A stretch of DNA of 52,938 nucleotides from an uncultured Candidatus Saccharibacteria bacterium (GCA_964526375.1 CAZGLK010000002.1:1-52938), one strand, 5' to 3'; counted from the first letter of the stretch, positions 26,842-33,995 are shown. Notes: generated by a model not told the origin, from the sequence alone. Program-made: numbers and translations.

Positions 26842-27943
26842 ATATCTTACGGTATCTTGTGGTTCGGCCAAGTCCGAGCCGCTCCACTTTTTTCAAGCGG
26901 AGGAGTTTGTCCAGCGCTTGATTAATGGTTCGACGAGCAACGCCCGTGGCTTTGGAAATCTCTCCGGGTGTGGCCGCGTCGGTTTTTTGTAGATAATTCC
27001 ACACGGCCAATTGTTTTGGCGACAAGAGTTTTTCTATGTTCTCCTTCGAGAGAAGGTCGACCGCCAGTTGCGCCTGTTTCAATAACACGCCGAAAAAGAA
27101 ATCCAACCAGGGCGCAATATCTTCGTGCCCCGATTTAAATGTCTTTTGACTTCTTCGTAAGGCCACATAGTAATCGGGCTTATTATCTTCAACCAACTTC
27201 TCGTGGGGTACATAAGGCACATACAGATATCCCTCTTTGAGTAAAAGAAGATTGGTGAGAACGCGGGACAGCCGGCCGTTGCCATCTTGGAATGGATGAA
27301 TGTTGAGAAATTCAACCAGGAAGTTCCCTATAACAAGGAGAGGGTGATATTTTTTCTCCGAGAGAGCTTCCTGGGTCCATTCCACCAGCTCCTGCATCTC
27401 TTTAGGAACAAGGTATGCCGGCGTGGTGTCAAAAAGAACGCCGACTGATTCTCCAAGCTCGTTAATCATCTGCACCCGGTTCTCTTGCTTCTTGTATTCG
27501 CCGCGGTGGATTTGGTCTTTCTCTACATATTTAAGAAGCTCGCCATGGAAATGTTTTATTGAGCTTTCCGAAAAGCTTAAACTTTTCCCCGCCGCCGCTA
27601 AAGCTTTGGCGGGCGGGCATGAATCAAACACATTCTCCAGAAGCTCGTAGTACCCCCGCACTTCCTGCTTATCGCGATCAGTGAACTTCTGTATGGCAAT
27701 GCCGCGCATCATTTTTTCAATATCTTCATCGGAAAGTTTGGCCCCCTCAATGCGGGTGGACGCCCCCGTAGAGGTAACCAAAGTTGACCGCTTGAGGCGG
27801 CCTAAAACTTGAGGGCTAAGCTGGGCTCCAGCGATCCACTGCCCCTTAAGCTCATCTATTTGTTTGAACTTTGACCAGACCTCGGAGGATAGCCCTTCGA
27901 GCCGTAGGTCAAAACGAGGTTTTTGAGTAACCGGCTCGTCCAT
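26840..27943 (-). CDS. fic: Fic/DOC family protein with a C-terminal winged-helix domain
   Basis: The 367-aa ORF has the Fic motif HPFQDGNGRLSR. Its C-terminus AVWNYLQK...TPGEISKATGVARRTINQALDKL is wHTH-like. Confidence 0.9.
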   Translation of the reverse strand: MDEPVTQKPRFDLRLEGLSSEVWSKFKQIDELKGQWIAGAQLSPQVLGRLKRSTLVTSTGASTRIEGAKLSDEDIEKMMRGIAIQKFTDRDKQEVRGYYELLENVFDSCPPAKALAAAGKSLSFSESSIKHFHGELLKYVEKDQIHRGEYKKQENRVQMINELGESVGVLFDTTPAYLVPKEMQELVEWTQEALSEKKYHPLLVIGNFLVEFLNIHPFQDGNGRLSRVLTNLLLLKEGYLYVPYVPHEKLVEDNKPDYYVALRRSQKTFKSGHEDIAPWLDFFFGVLLKQAQLAVDLLSKENIEKLLSPKQLAVWNYLQKTDAATPGEISKATGVARRTINQALDKLLRLKKVERLGLGRTTRYRKI

Positions 27944-28069
27944 ATGATCTTAATAATCTTACATTTCAAGTATAGAAGATTATGCAAGATTAATCAATGG
28001 CGTTCTGTGGGCAAAAGCCCTATCTTACATATATGCAGGAAAGCCCACAAATAAAGGACTTTTTTGTGC

Positions 28070-28098
28070 TTGACAAGCATACCATGATTTGCTATAAT
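28070..28098 (+). promoter_or_regulatory. Consensus sigma70-type promoter P1
   Basis: TTGACA lies at 28070-28075 and TATAAT at 28093-28098, with a spacer of exactly 17 nt. Confidence 0.7.
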
Positions 28099-28218
28099 GG
28101 AACCATACGATAGAAATGCTGGTTGGGGCTGTTTAGCAGGGGTGCCTGCACCGAGCTAGTCGAGATGCCGGACCCAAACCCCGAAAGCTGGCATAGTAAT
28201 CCTTCACAGGGCAGGGTC

Positions 28219-28247
28219 TTGACAAACAGATATGCTTGGTATATAAT
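28219..28247 (+). promoter_or_regulatory. Consensus sigma70-type promoter P2
   Basis: TTGACA lies at 28219-28224 and TATAAT at 28242-28247, with a 17-nt spacer. Confidence 0.7.
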
Positions 28248-28253
28248 GGAGGT

Positions 28254-28426
28254 GTAAGCTGAAAGTACCTAATAAAACATAATAAAGTCTAAGCTTCTAG
28301 AGGAGAGAGTCTGGGGCTGGGATATTAAGGTATATTAAGGTGCAGGTTATATATAGCCCCAAACAACAACCCAAAAAGCGGTTGAAAGATTCTTTCCTTT
28401 AAGAAGGCGTCTTTCAACCGCTTTTT
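28254..28426 (+). ncRNA. Candidate sRNA of about 170 nt, bounded by P2 and an intrinsic terminator
   Basis: There is no credible ORF. An internal hairpin GGGGCT...AGCCCC is present. The terminator stem is AGCGGTTGAAAG (28377-28388) with CTTTCAACCGCT (28411-28422), followed by TTTT. Confidence 0.5.
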
Positions 28427-28697
28427 AGATATCTGGCGAGGAGAAAGATGGAGGAGAGAATTAAGCCGTGGTGGCGAGGCTTCGGGTTTAGCCCAAGTCT
28501 GGCTACTAAACACGTTTTGAGAATATTGGCGGAAGCGGAAATGCAACCCGCAACCATAGGGCAAAATTCCGCGGCGCAAGTTCTCATCAATTCTTCTCTA
28601 TCTTTCTCCCCAACCACAAGCGAAGGGAGAGTTAAATTCCTGATGTTCTTTTCAAATCTTTTCCGCGGCACCGACGTATTCGGGCAGGGGAAAAATT

Positions 28698-29129
28698 ATG
28701 AAGGCCACAAGTTTCTTGTTTCTCGCGGCGCTCTTCGTCAGTGCAATAGGCTGCACCGACACCCGGCCTTTTTACAGGTCGGTTCTGCAGGATAAAGAAG
28801 TCGTTGTGAAGCTCACTGAGGCAATTTGGCTGCATGGCGATACTACGTGCGCCATCACCAAGCTGGCCCGTCAGCTGGATGCCGAAAGACGAGCAGACGT
28901 CCGGAGGCCGTATTCGCCCGTAAACGCGGATCGTATGCTTTGGGAGGAAATCCATAAGGTTGTCATAGACAATTGGTATTCTTCCACGGATACCATGCGT
29001 GCAGAAGTACGGCGGACCTTGGACCTTTGGCTTTCTCCCGAGAAATCAAGTAAGGCCGAGGTGTGGGTGATGCCTGTAACGGTCCATTACCGCTTTGACC
29101 CCGATCAGGTTTATCTGACAAAGAAGTAA
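28698..29129 (+). CDS. Hypothetical lipoprotein
   Basis: The 143-aa ORF has a signal peptide with the lipobox FVSAIGC. A GGGGAAAAATT ribosome-binding region precedes the ATG. Confidence 0.7.
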   Translation: MKATSFLFLAALFVSAIGCTDTRPFYRSVLQDKEVVVKLTEAIWLHGDTTCAITKLARQLDAERRADVRRPYSPVNADRMLWEEIHKVVIDNWYSSTDTMRAEVRRTLDLWLSPEKSSKAEVWVMPVTVHYRFDPDQVYLTKK

Positions 29130-29172
29130 AGGATTGGGAGGCTCTGCGAACAAAAAAATTCGCATTCCTCCC

Positions 29173-29235
29173 TCTGTCTCCCGATGTATGTCGGGACTGA
29201 TGAGCCCTTTGATAGTTACCGCAGGGCGAAACAGA
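29173..29235 (+). ncRNA. Type III hammerhead self-cleaving ribozyme
   Basis: Stem III pairs TCTGT (29173-29177) with ACAGA (29231-29235). The cleavage triplet is GUC, with C17 at 29178. Stem I is TCCCGA-TGTATG-TCGGGA (29179-29196). The core CTGATGA lies at 29197-29203. Stem II is GCCCT-14 nt-AGGGC (29204-29227), and GAAA lies at 29228-29231. Confidence 0.85.
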
Positions 29236-29279
29236 AAATTGCTTGCACCGAGCTAGCCGATATTCTTTGAAAATCAATA

Positions 29280-29537
29280 TTAGCGGTAAATGTCTTTGCG
29301 GTGGTCAATGTCAAAAAAGATCGCTGTTTCTGCGTGCTGCAAATAAAAAAGCACCCGGAAATTGCGAGTGACCCTGAAAGAAAGAGCATGAGGGAGGATT
29401 TTAACTTTTTTGATGTGCAGCCGCGGGTCGCACCAGTTCTTTTGAAACGAACTCTTTTGAGTAAAATAGAGCCGCTGAATTTCCTTAGGCAGTTTGTTTA
29501 GTGACCTTTCAAAATCATCGGTCTGGATTATCTCCAT
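29280..29537 (-). CDS. RelE/ParE-superfamily toxin
   Basis: The 85-aa basic ORF overlaps the upstream small ORF by 10 nt. Its C-terminus FRVLFYLQHAETAIFFDIDHRKDIY resembles the RelE/YafQ type. Confidence 0.7.
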   Translation of the reverse strand: MEIIQTDDFERSLNKLPKEIQRLYFTQKSSFQKNWCDPRLHIKKVKILPHALSFRVTRNFRVLFYLQHAETAIFFDIDHRKDIYR

Positions 29538-29737
29538 ACGGAAGACACCGGCGGATATTTCTTTATGGCTTTTTCATAGGATCGTTTGATCCGTTGCGGG
29601 TGAGCATAGCCGACCAGATCTTCTTGAGGGAAAAGAAATTCAACCTCGCTTCTTAGCAGGCGGAGTTCCTCAATGACCGTTCCCAAGAGCTCGTTAGTGG
29701 CCGCAGCAGAGGTCTTATCTTTTGTGAGTATTTCCAT
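29528..29737 (-). CDS. Cognate antitoxin (family not recognised)
   Basis: The 69-aa ORF lies immediately upstream of the toxin and overlaps it. Confidence 0.55.
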   Translation of the reverse strand: MEILTKDKTSAAATNELLGTVIEELRLLRSEVEFLFPQEDLVGYAHPQRIKRSYEKAIKKYPPVSSVWR

Positions 29738-29782
29738 TAACCATGATTATAGTTTATCACCAAAGGTATGTCAATTTTCTTT

Positions 29783-29861
29783 CTAACCCACCCCTCAACA
29801 ACACGCGGATACACGCGGATCAAAACGCGGATACACGCGGATAGATTGAAGGGTGAGTTAG
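29783..29861. repeat. Hairpin element with an ACGCGGAT word loop (unit A head)
   Basis: CTAACCCACCCCTCAA (29783-29798) pairs with TTGAAGGGTGAGTTAG (29846-29861). The loop holds four ACGCGGAT words. Confidence 0.75.
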
Positions 29862-29939
29862 GGAGAGAAGGACTCTTCCGAAGGCGACGCGTGCCTATAA
29901 AGTGCGAGCCATGTAAACACCTGAAAGGAGGTGAAAAGC

Positions 29940-30197
29940 ATGGCAAGTAAGGATCTTTGGGTGGAGATTAAACTCCACCCGGAGGCCGAGCCGGTTTGGG
30001 CTCGGAGAGAGGTCCCGCCCGCAGTTGTCCAGGAGTTCCAAAGGATCCTGGATACTGGGGGTGGTGAGCACATCTCCTTTCCCTATCCCGACGATTCTGA
30101 AAGAATCGTTTCGGAGGTGGGGGGGCGAGATGTGGTTCTCTCTGTGCCCTCTCGGGCACGGGGAGGGAACTACGTGATCCATTTTTTGGGTCACTGA
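29940..30197 (+). CDS. Small acidic hypothetical protein (unit A payload, 85 aa)
   Basis: The ATG lies 9 nt after AAAGGAGGTGA, a near-perfect SD. The leader is conserved with unit B. I recognise no family. Confidence 0.6.
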   Translation: MASKDLWVEIKLHPEAEPVWARREVPPAVVQEFQRILDTGGGEHISFPYPDDSERIVSEVGGRDVVLSVPSRARGGNYVIHFLGH

Positions 30198-30234
30198 TTC
30201 CCGTTCCCGAAACCCGCCCCCACCGCGGTAATGT

Positions 30235-30466
30235 GGGGAGATGGCGCAGGTTGACGCCATACTGAAGCGGTCTTGATTGACGCGATACTAACCCGTGCCT
30301 GATGGCAGGCAGCCCGTGGAAACACGACGGGTATACGGGGAATAAGTGTCAGTAGAGACCGCCAGTCCAGACGAACAGCAGGACAACACTCCTTGCTGTT
30401 CAGGATTCAACCACAGGGCCGCCAAAGAGCTCGGCCCTAATCCCGAAGCACTCGGGAAAGCTCAAG
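30235..30466 (+). repeat. 232-nt structured element, copy 1 (candidate unclassified ncRNA)
   Basis: By eye it is identical to 31722-31953. It contains a 3-way junction (ACCCGT/ACGGGT closing GCCTG-ATGG-CAGGC and CGTG-GAAA-CACG). Further hairpins are GAACAGCA../..TGCTGTTC, GGGCCG/CGGCCC and CCCGA/TCGGG. Confidence 0.7.
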
Positions 30467-30641
30467 ATTTTGGGAGAGTTGCCAGAGATGACAGCTCTCC
30501 CCCTTATCCGAGTTCATCGTCTCTTTCCGCGTAAATCAGCGTTCTAATCTGCGTTGATCCGCGTAAAGTAAGGGTGGATTCAGAGGAGGGAAAAACATTC
30601 TCATATTCTGCAGAATGTTAGAATGTTGGTTCTTTGAGAAA

Positions 30642-30869
30642 TTAAGCAGGAGTTAGAACAACTTCAACGGGAAGAGGAACGGCCGTATGTTTCGCCTTCA
30701 TTCGGTGGGCAAAATTAAGCACCGTAAAACCCTTAACCTTGCGAGTTTTGGGGTCAAGGCGAAGAATCACATCGTTGGCGGCCTCTTCGCTGCGATCTTT
30801 TGCGGATGGCTTGCCTTGAGAGATGTAGAGTATGTCGGCCTCTTGGTCGTAGTAATAATAGAGTTGCAT
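30642..30869 (-). CDS. DUF2283-type small protein (antitoxin-like)
   Basis: The 75-aa ORF contains YYYDQEADILYISQG ... VKGFTVLNF, typical of DUF2283. Confidence 0.7.
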   Translation of the reverse strand: MQLYYYYDQEADILYISQGKPSAKDRSEEAANDVILRLDPKTRKVKGFTVLNFAHRMKAKHTAVPLPVEVVLTPA

Positions 30870-30873
30870 AATT

Positions 30874-31146
30874 TTAATGTTTGATTTTAGAGGTTAAGTA
30901 TATGGTAAGTATAAAGTTGCGTTGATTGGTTTTCACTACTACCACAAGATGTTTCCTCTGGCTGATTGGACTATAGCATATTTGCACCCTTGGATCAAAT
31001 TTCGATTGGCTAATAATACTGGGTTTGGCAAGTACTTGCTTAATCCGTTTCAGATAGCGTCTAACTTCTGGGTGGAATTTAAGAACATGCTCAACCCTTT
31101 CGTTAGTCAGCTCAACTTCTCCAAACGGCGAATCAAACTTCTTCAT
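30874..31146 (-). CDS. Putative toxin partner of DUF2283 (DUF4258 / RelE-barnase-like)
   Basis: The ATG at 31146 (MKKFDSPFGEV) gives a 90-aa protein. It contains ERVEHVLKFHPEV and LVVVVKTNQRNFILTIY, and lies 4 nt upstream of the DUF2283 gene. Confidence 0.55.
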   Translation of the reverse strand: MKKFDSPFGEVELTNERVEHVLKFHPEVRRYLKRIKQVLAKPSIISQSKFDPRVQICYSPISQRKHLVVVVKTNQRNFILTIYLTSKIKH

Positions 31147-31190
31147 TTTGATATTATACCTCAACGCTAATCCGTAGCCAATTTTCTTCT

Positions 31191-31292
31191 CTAACCCACC
31201 CCTCAACAATACGCGGATTAACCCCTCGACTTCGCTCAGGGCAAGCGCGGACTAAACGCGGATCTACGCGGATAGATTGAAGGGTGAGTTAG
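31191..31292. repeat. Hairpin element with an ACGCGGAT word loop (unit B head)
   Basis: The arms are the same as at 29783-29861 (CTAACCCACCCCTCAA / TTGAAGGGTGAGTTAG), but the loop is longer. Confidence 0.75.
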
Positions 31293-31377
31293 GGAGAGAA
31301 ATGCTCTTCCTATCAAAGGCGACGCGTGCCTATATAAAGTGCGAGCCATGTAAAACACCTGAAAGGAGGTGAAAGAT

Positions 31378-31686
31378 ATGGCAAAGGCATTTTCTTTCGT
31401 CCTTTACACCCAAGCCGGCGGGTACGACGGCTATGTGGTGGTTCAGGATGAGAGGACGGCAGACGCCACAGACGATTTGATTCGATCTGTGGTGGATCCC
31501 GAAGGGGAAATTTCTTTCGTCGGGGGAGTCCATCTGACTCCTTTTGGCGAGGGAGAACCCCAATCCCTCTGGCAGACAATCTGTCAGGAAGAAGAGGGGT
31601 TCCTTTTCGGAGGTGATTTGGCCGCAATGCTCGCCCGGACGCCAGCAGAGAAGCTGGTGAACCGGGTGGAGTACTACGGTCATTAA
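31378..31686 (+). CDS. Small highly acidic hypothetical protein (unit B payload, 102 aa)
   Basis: The ATG follows the same AAAGGAGGTGA leader. The protein is unrelated to the unit A payload, and both end in GH. Confidence 0.6.
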   Translation: MAKAFSFVLYTQAGGYDGYVVVQDERTADATDDLIRSVVDPEGEISFVGGVHLTPFGEGEPQSLWQTICQEEEGFLFGGDLAAMLARTPAEKLVNRVEYYGH

Positions 31687-31721
31687 GCCGCCCCGCCCTA
31701 ACCCTCCCCCTAGGGTCACAA

Positions 31722-31953
31722 GGGGAGATGGCGCAGGTTGACGCCATACTGAAGCGGTCTTGATTGACGCGATACTAACCCGTGCCTGATGGCAGGCAGC
31801 CCGTGGAAACACGACGGGTATACGGGGAATAAGTGTCAGTAGAGACCGCCAGTCCAGACGAACAGCAGGACAACACTCCTTGCTGTTCAGGATTCAACCA
31901 CAGGGCCGCCAAAGAGCTCGGCCCTAATCCCGAAGCACTCGGGAAAGCTCAAG
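31722..31953 (+). repeat. 232-nt structured element, copy 2
   Basis: By eye it is identical to 30235-30466. Confidence 0.7.
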
Positions 31954-32094
31954 TTTTGGGGAGAGGGTCTCAAAAAAGAGAATCTCTCCCCACCTTATCC
32001 GAGTTCATCATCCGCGTTTATCCGTTTGCCAATCTGCGTATATCCGCGATGTGTATGGTGGATTCAGAGGAGGGAGGTGTTCTTTGAAAAAAAA

Positions 32095-32307
32095 TTACAA
32101 ATCTTCTTCTGAAACGCCAGCTTGTTTTAGGATTGAATGAAGCGTGCCCTTGGGCAGGTCTTTGGTGTGGTAGGGTACGGATGCTCGTTTCTTCTTTTGC
32201 GGGTGATAAAAAATATAATGGCTTCCAGTAGCATAGTCTAACTGAAAGCCAAGACGTTTGAGAATAACAATAACCTTTTTGGGTGTAAGAGACGGGATCT
32301 TAGGCAT
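32095..32307 (-). CDS. hicA: HicA toxin
   Basis: The 70-aa ORF contains KKVIVILKRLGFQLDYATGSHYIF and LPKGTLHSILKQAG. Confidence 0.88.
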   Translation of the reverse strand: MPKIPSLTPKKVIVILKRLGFQLDYATGSHYIFYHPQKKKRASVPYHTKDLPKGTLHSILKQAGVSEEDL

Positions 32308-32557
32308 GGGCGGAAGCCTTTTCGCGGACAGGTTCCTTTATCTGAATAGAAGCAATGAATGTTTCTTCGTCTGAAGGAATTAGTTCACGATGTTTTCTAA
32401 GGCTCGCGATATATCCTTCGACGGCATCCCGCGCCATATTTTTGGCTTCGGTAAGGTTTTTCCCGTAACTAACGCAACCTGGCAAGGCCGGAACAAAAAC
32501 CGTAAACCCGCCCTCCGGTTCCGGACGAAGAATGATATTGTAATTGAGTATTTTCAT
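32300..32557 (-). CDS. hicB: HicB antitoxin
   Basis: The ATG at 32557 gives MKILNYNIILRPEPEGGFTVFVPALPGCVSYG. The gene overlaps hicA by 8 nt, and the longer track ORF (to 32869) is a spurious extension. Confidence 0.85.
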   Translation of the reverse strand: MKILNYNIILRPEPEGGFTVFVPALPGCVSYGKNLTEAKNMARDAVEGYIASLRKHRELIPSDEETFIASIQIKEPVREKASAHA

Positions 32558-32762
32558 ACACCAATATGGTATCAAACAAAATCCAATGTTGCAAATTTTT
32601 CCCCTAACCCACCCCTCAACAACGCGCGCCTGCCTGCGGCAGGCAGGGATATACGCGGTGTGATCTCTCACAAGATAGTTTAGTAAGTTGTTTTGTGAGA
32701 GGTCGCACGGTGCGGCTTCTGTAAAGACTTGGGGCCAATCCCAAGCAGGAAAGGAGGGTGCT

Positions 32763-33350
32763 ATGAAAATAGTGCTCTGCGGGCCGCCAAGGTCCGGCAA
32801 GTCCTGCTTGAGGGAAGGCCTCAAGCAGGCGGTGCGGCGTATTCCTGGAGCGCCGTATCCGTATGTCATAACCGGGTGCCCTGACGGGGAGGGCGCCTGG
32901 TTCCAGGAGACTGTGAACTTGGATCCCGAATTGGCGGCGCGGTGTAAGGCCGCCTATAAATCCAAGTTCACAACGGAATTCGTGCGGAGGGTCGCGGATT
33001 CCGTAAAAAGTTGTAACCTTCCTTTGACGCTCGTGGACATTGGTGGCATCCCGAGCGCTGAGAACGAGGAGATTTGCTCCTCGGCCACCCACGCCATTTT
33101 GCTGGCGGGCGATCTTGATCGTCTGCCCGAGTGGCGCGAGTTCTGCGGGAAGCTGGGTCTCCGCATCATCGCGGAGATCCATAGCGATTACCGTGGAACT
33201 GAAGACACCGCTCCTTCGCTCGGCGAGGATGGTGTCTGGAGTGGATCGGTTCATTACCTCGAAAGAGGCGAGCCGGTCCACGAGCGCCCGACAGTCAAGG
33301 CGCTCGCCGAGACCCTCGCGCAGATGGCTACTGCAGCAGAGGAGAACTAA
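32763..33350 (+). CDS. P-loop NTPase (possible Csx3-associated ATPase module)
   Basis: The ATG at 32763 follows GGAAAGGAGGG. Walker A is GPPRSGKS, and LTLVDIGG is Walker B/DxxG-like. The protein is 195 aa. Confidence 0.6.
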   Translation: MKIVLCGPPRSGKSCLREGLKQAVRRIPGAPYPYVITGCPDGEGAWFQETVNLDPELAARCKAAYKSKFTTEFVRRVADSVKSCNLPLTLVDIGGIPSAENEEICSSATHAILLAGDLDRLPEWREFCGKLGLRIIAEIHSDYRGTEDTAPSLGEDGVWSGSVHYLERGEPVHERPTVKALAETLAQMATAAEEN

Positions 33351-33486
33351 AACAGCCGCTCGGCGCGTTCCTTGCCAGCGCGTCCGGGTTTCCAAAAAAC
33401 AAAGGCTCAAAAAAAAGAGCCGCCTCTCCCAAGCTTGCCATAGTTTGGGTGACAAGAGGGGTCTCCTTGAGAAGAAAGGAGGAGAT

Positions 33487-33795
33487 ATGGCGGCGTATAA
33501 AATTTTTTTGGAGGGCGGAGACGTCCTCCGGGTCGGGTTCGGCGACCCGGCCCAGAACGACGCGATCTGCCGGGACGCCGCCCGGCAGCTGGAGGAGCTT
33601 GTCTCCTCCGGAGCCCTGGCCGGTGGCTCAGTTATTAAAATAAACGGCCCCGCCTCCTTGCCCGTGGCGGTGGTGTTCGCTCACGCGATTGGCCACCTCT
33701 ACGAGGCGGTGGCGGTGTTCGACCCCAAGCTGGGGAAGTATGTCGTGGCGGTTAGCCACGGTGTCCAGCTCGGGGTCGGCGACCTGATCGACTAG
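33487..33795 (+). CDS. csx3: Csx3/Crn3-like protein (putative cyclic oligoadenylate ring nuclease)
   Basis: The ATG follows GAAAGGAGGAG and the protein is 102 aa. IKINGPASLPVAVVFAHAIGHLYEAVAVFDPKLGKYVVAVSHG...GDLI matches, from memory, the Csx3 pattern GRGPIWL..H..H..VAVYDPRLG..VVVQSH..GDVI. Confidence 0.55.
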   Translation: MAAYKIFLEGGDVLRVGFGDPAQNDAICRDAARQLEELVSSGALAGGSVIKINGPASLPVAVVFAHAIGHLYEAVAVFDPKLGKYVVAVSHGVQLGVGDLID

Positions 33796-33860
33796 CCATC
33801 GGTCAGGAAAAAACTCCCGAGTGGCGCTCGGGGCATTCACCTGAAAGGAGGTGAAAAAAC

Positions 33861-33995
33861 ATGGAGGAGTTCGGCCGCTTTGTCGCGGCCATCCCGCCAC
33901 GGGACGTTTTGGCCCTGTTGGTGGGGTGGGCGGGCCTGCTCCTTTGCGTCGCTGACGCAGTGGAGCGGCTCCTTAACGAGAAATTTCCTCGTTAA
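33861..33995 (+). CDS. Possible 44-aa hydrophobic peptide (third payload behind the shared SD)
   Basis: CACCTGAAAGGAGGTGAAAA lies at 33839-33858 and the ATG at 33861. My translation gives MEEFGRFVAAIPPRDVLALLVGWAGLLLCVADAVERLLNEKFPR. Confidence 0.4.
   Translation: MEEFGRFVAAIPPRDVLALLVGWAGLLLCVADAVERLLNEKFPR

Noticed and set aside
28448-28795. A 115-aa ORF with a good GAGGAG SD upstream of the lipoprotein gene.
   Set aside because: Its sequence looks non-protein-like, it overlaps the lipoprotein ORF by about 100 nt in another frame, and I recognise no family. I leave it as possible leader or ncRNA sequence. It is not excluded, just unsupported.
29895-30260. Minus-strand ORFs antisense to the unit A and B payloads (29895-30260, 29968-30159, 31313-31747, 31330-31812).
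   Set aside because: They lie in a G+C-rich region where long antisense ORFs arise by chance. They have no SD, they overlap the conserved plus-strand leader/ORF/RNA architecture, and they have Arg/Pro/Gly-rich junk composition.
30292-30335. CCTGATGG...GAAAC inside the 232-nt block as a second hammerhead.
   Set aside because: The core would read CUGAUGG, with the invariant A9 replaced by G. No stem II can form between it and GAAAC. The segment folds more simply into two hairpins of a 3-way junction.
30346-30534. A 62-aa ORF (and its twin at 31833-32087) inside the 232-nt repeat.
   Set aside because: Both start at a GTG with no SD. They are identical only because they read the repeat. They diverge exactly where the repeat ends, and the helices predicted for the RNA run through them. 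I treat them as non-coding.
32616-33455. A 279-aa minus-strand ORF, the 251-aa plus-strand ORF 33040-33795 upstream of codon M150, and the small ORFs 32954-33169 and 33449-33643.
   Set aside because: They overlap the P-loop gene in other frames with Arg/Ser/Pro-rich composition. Only the 33487-33795 part of the 251-aa ORF has an SD and recognisable (Csx3-like) sequence.
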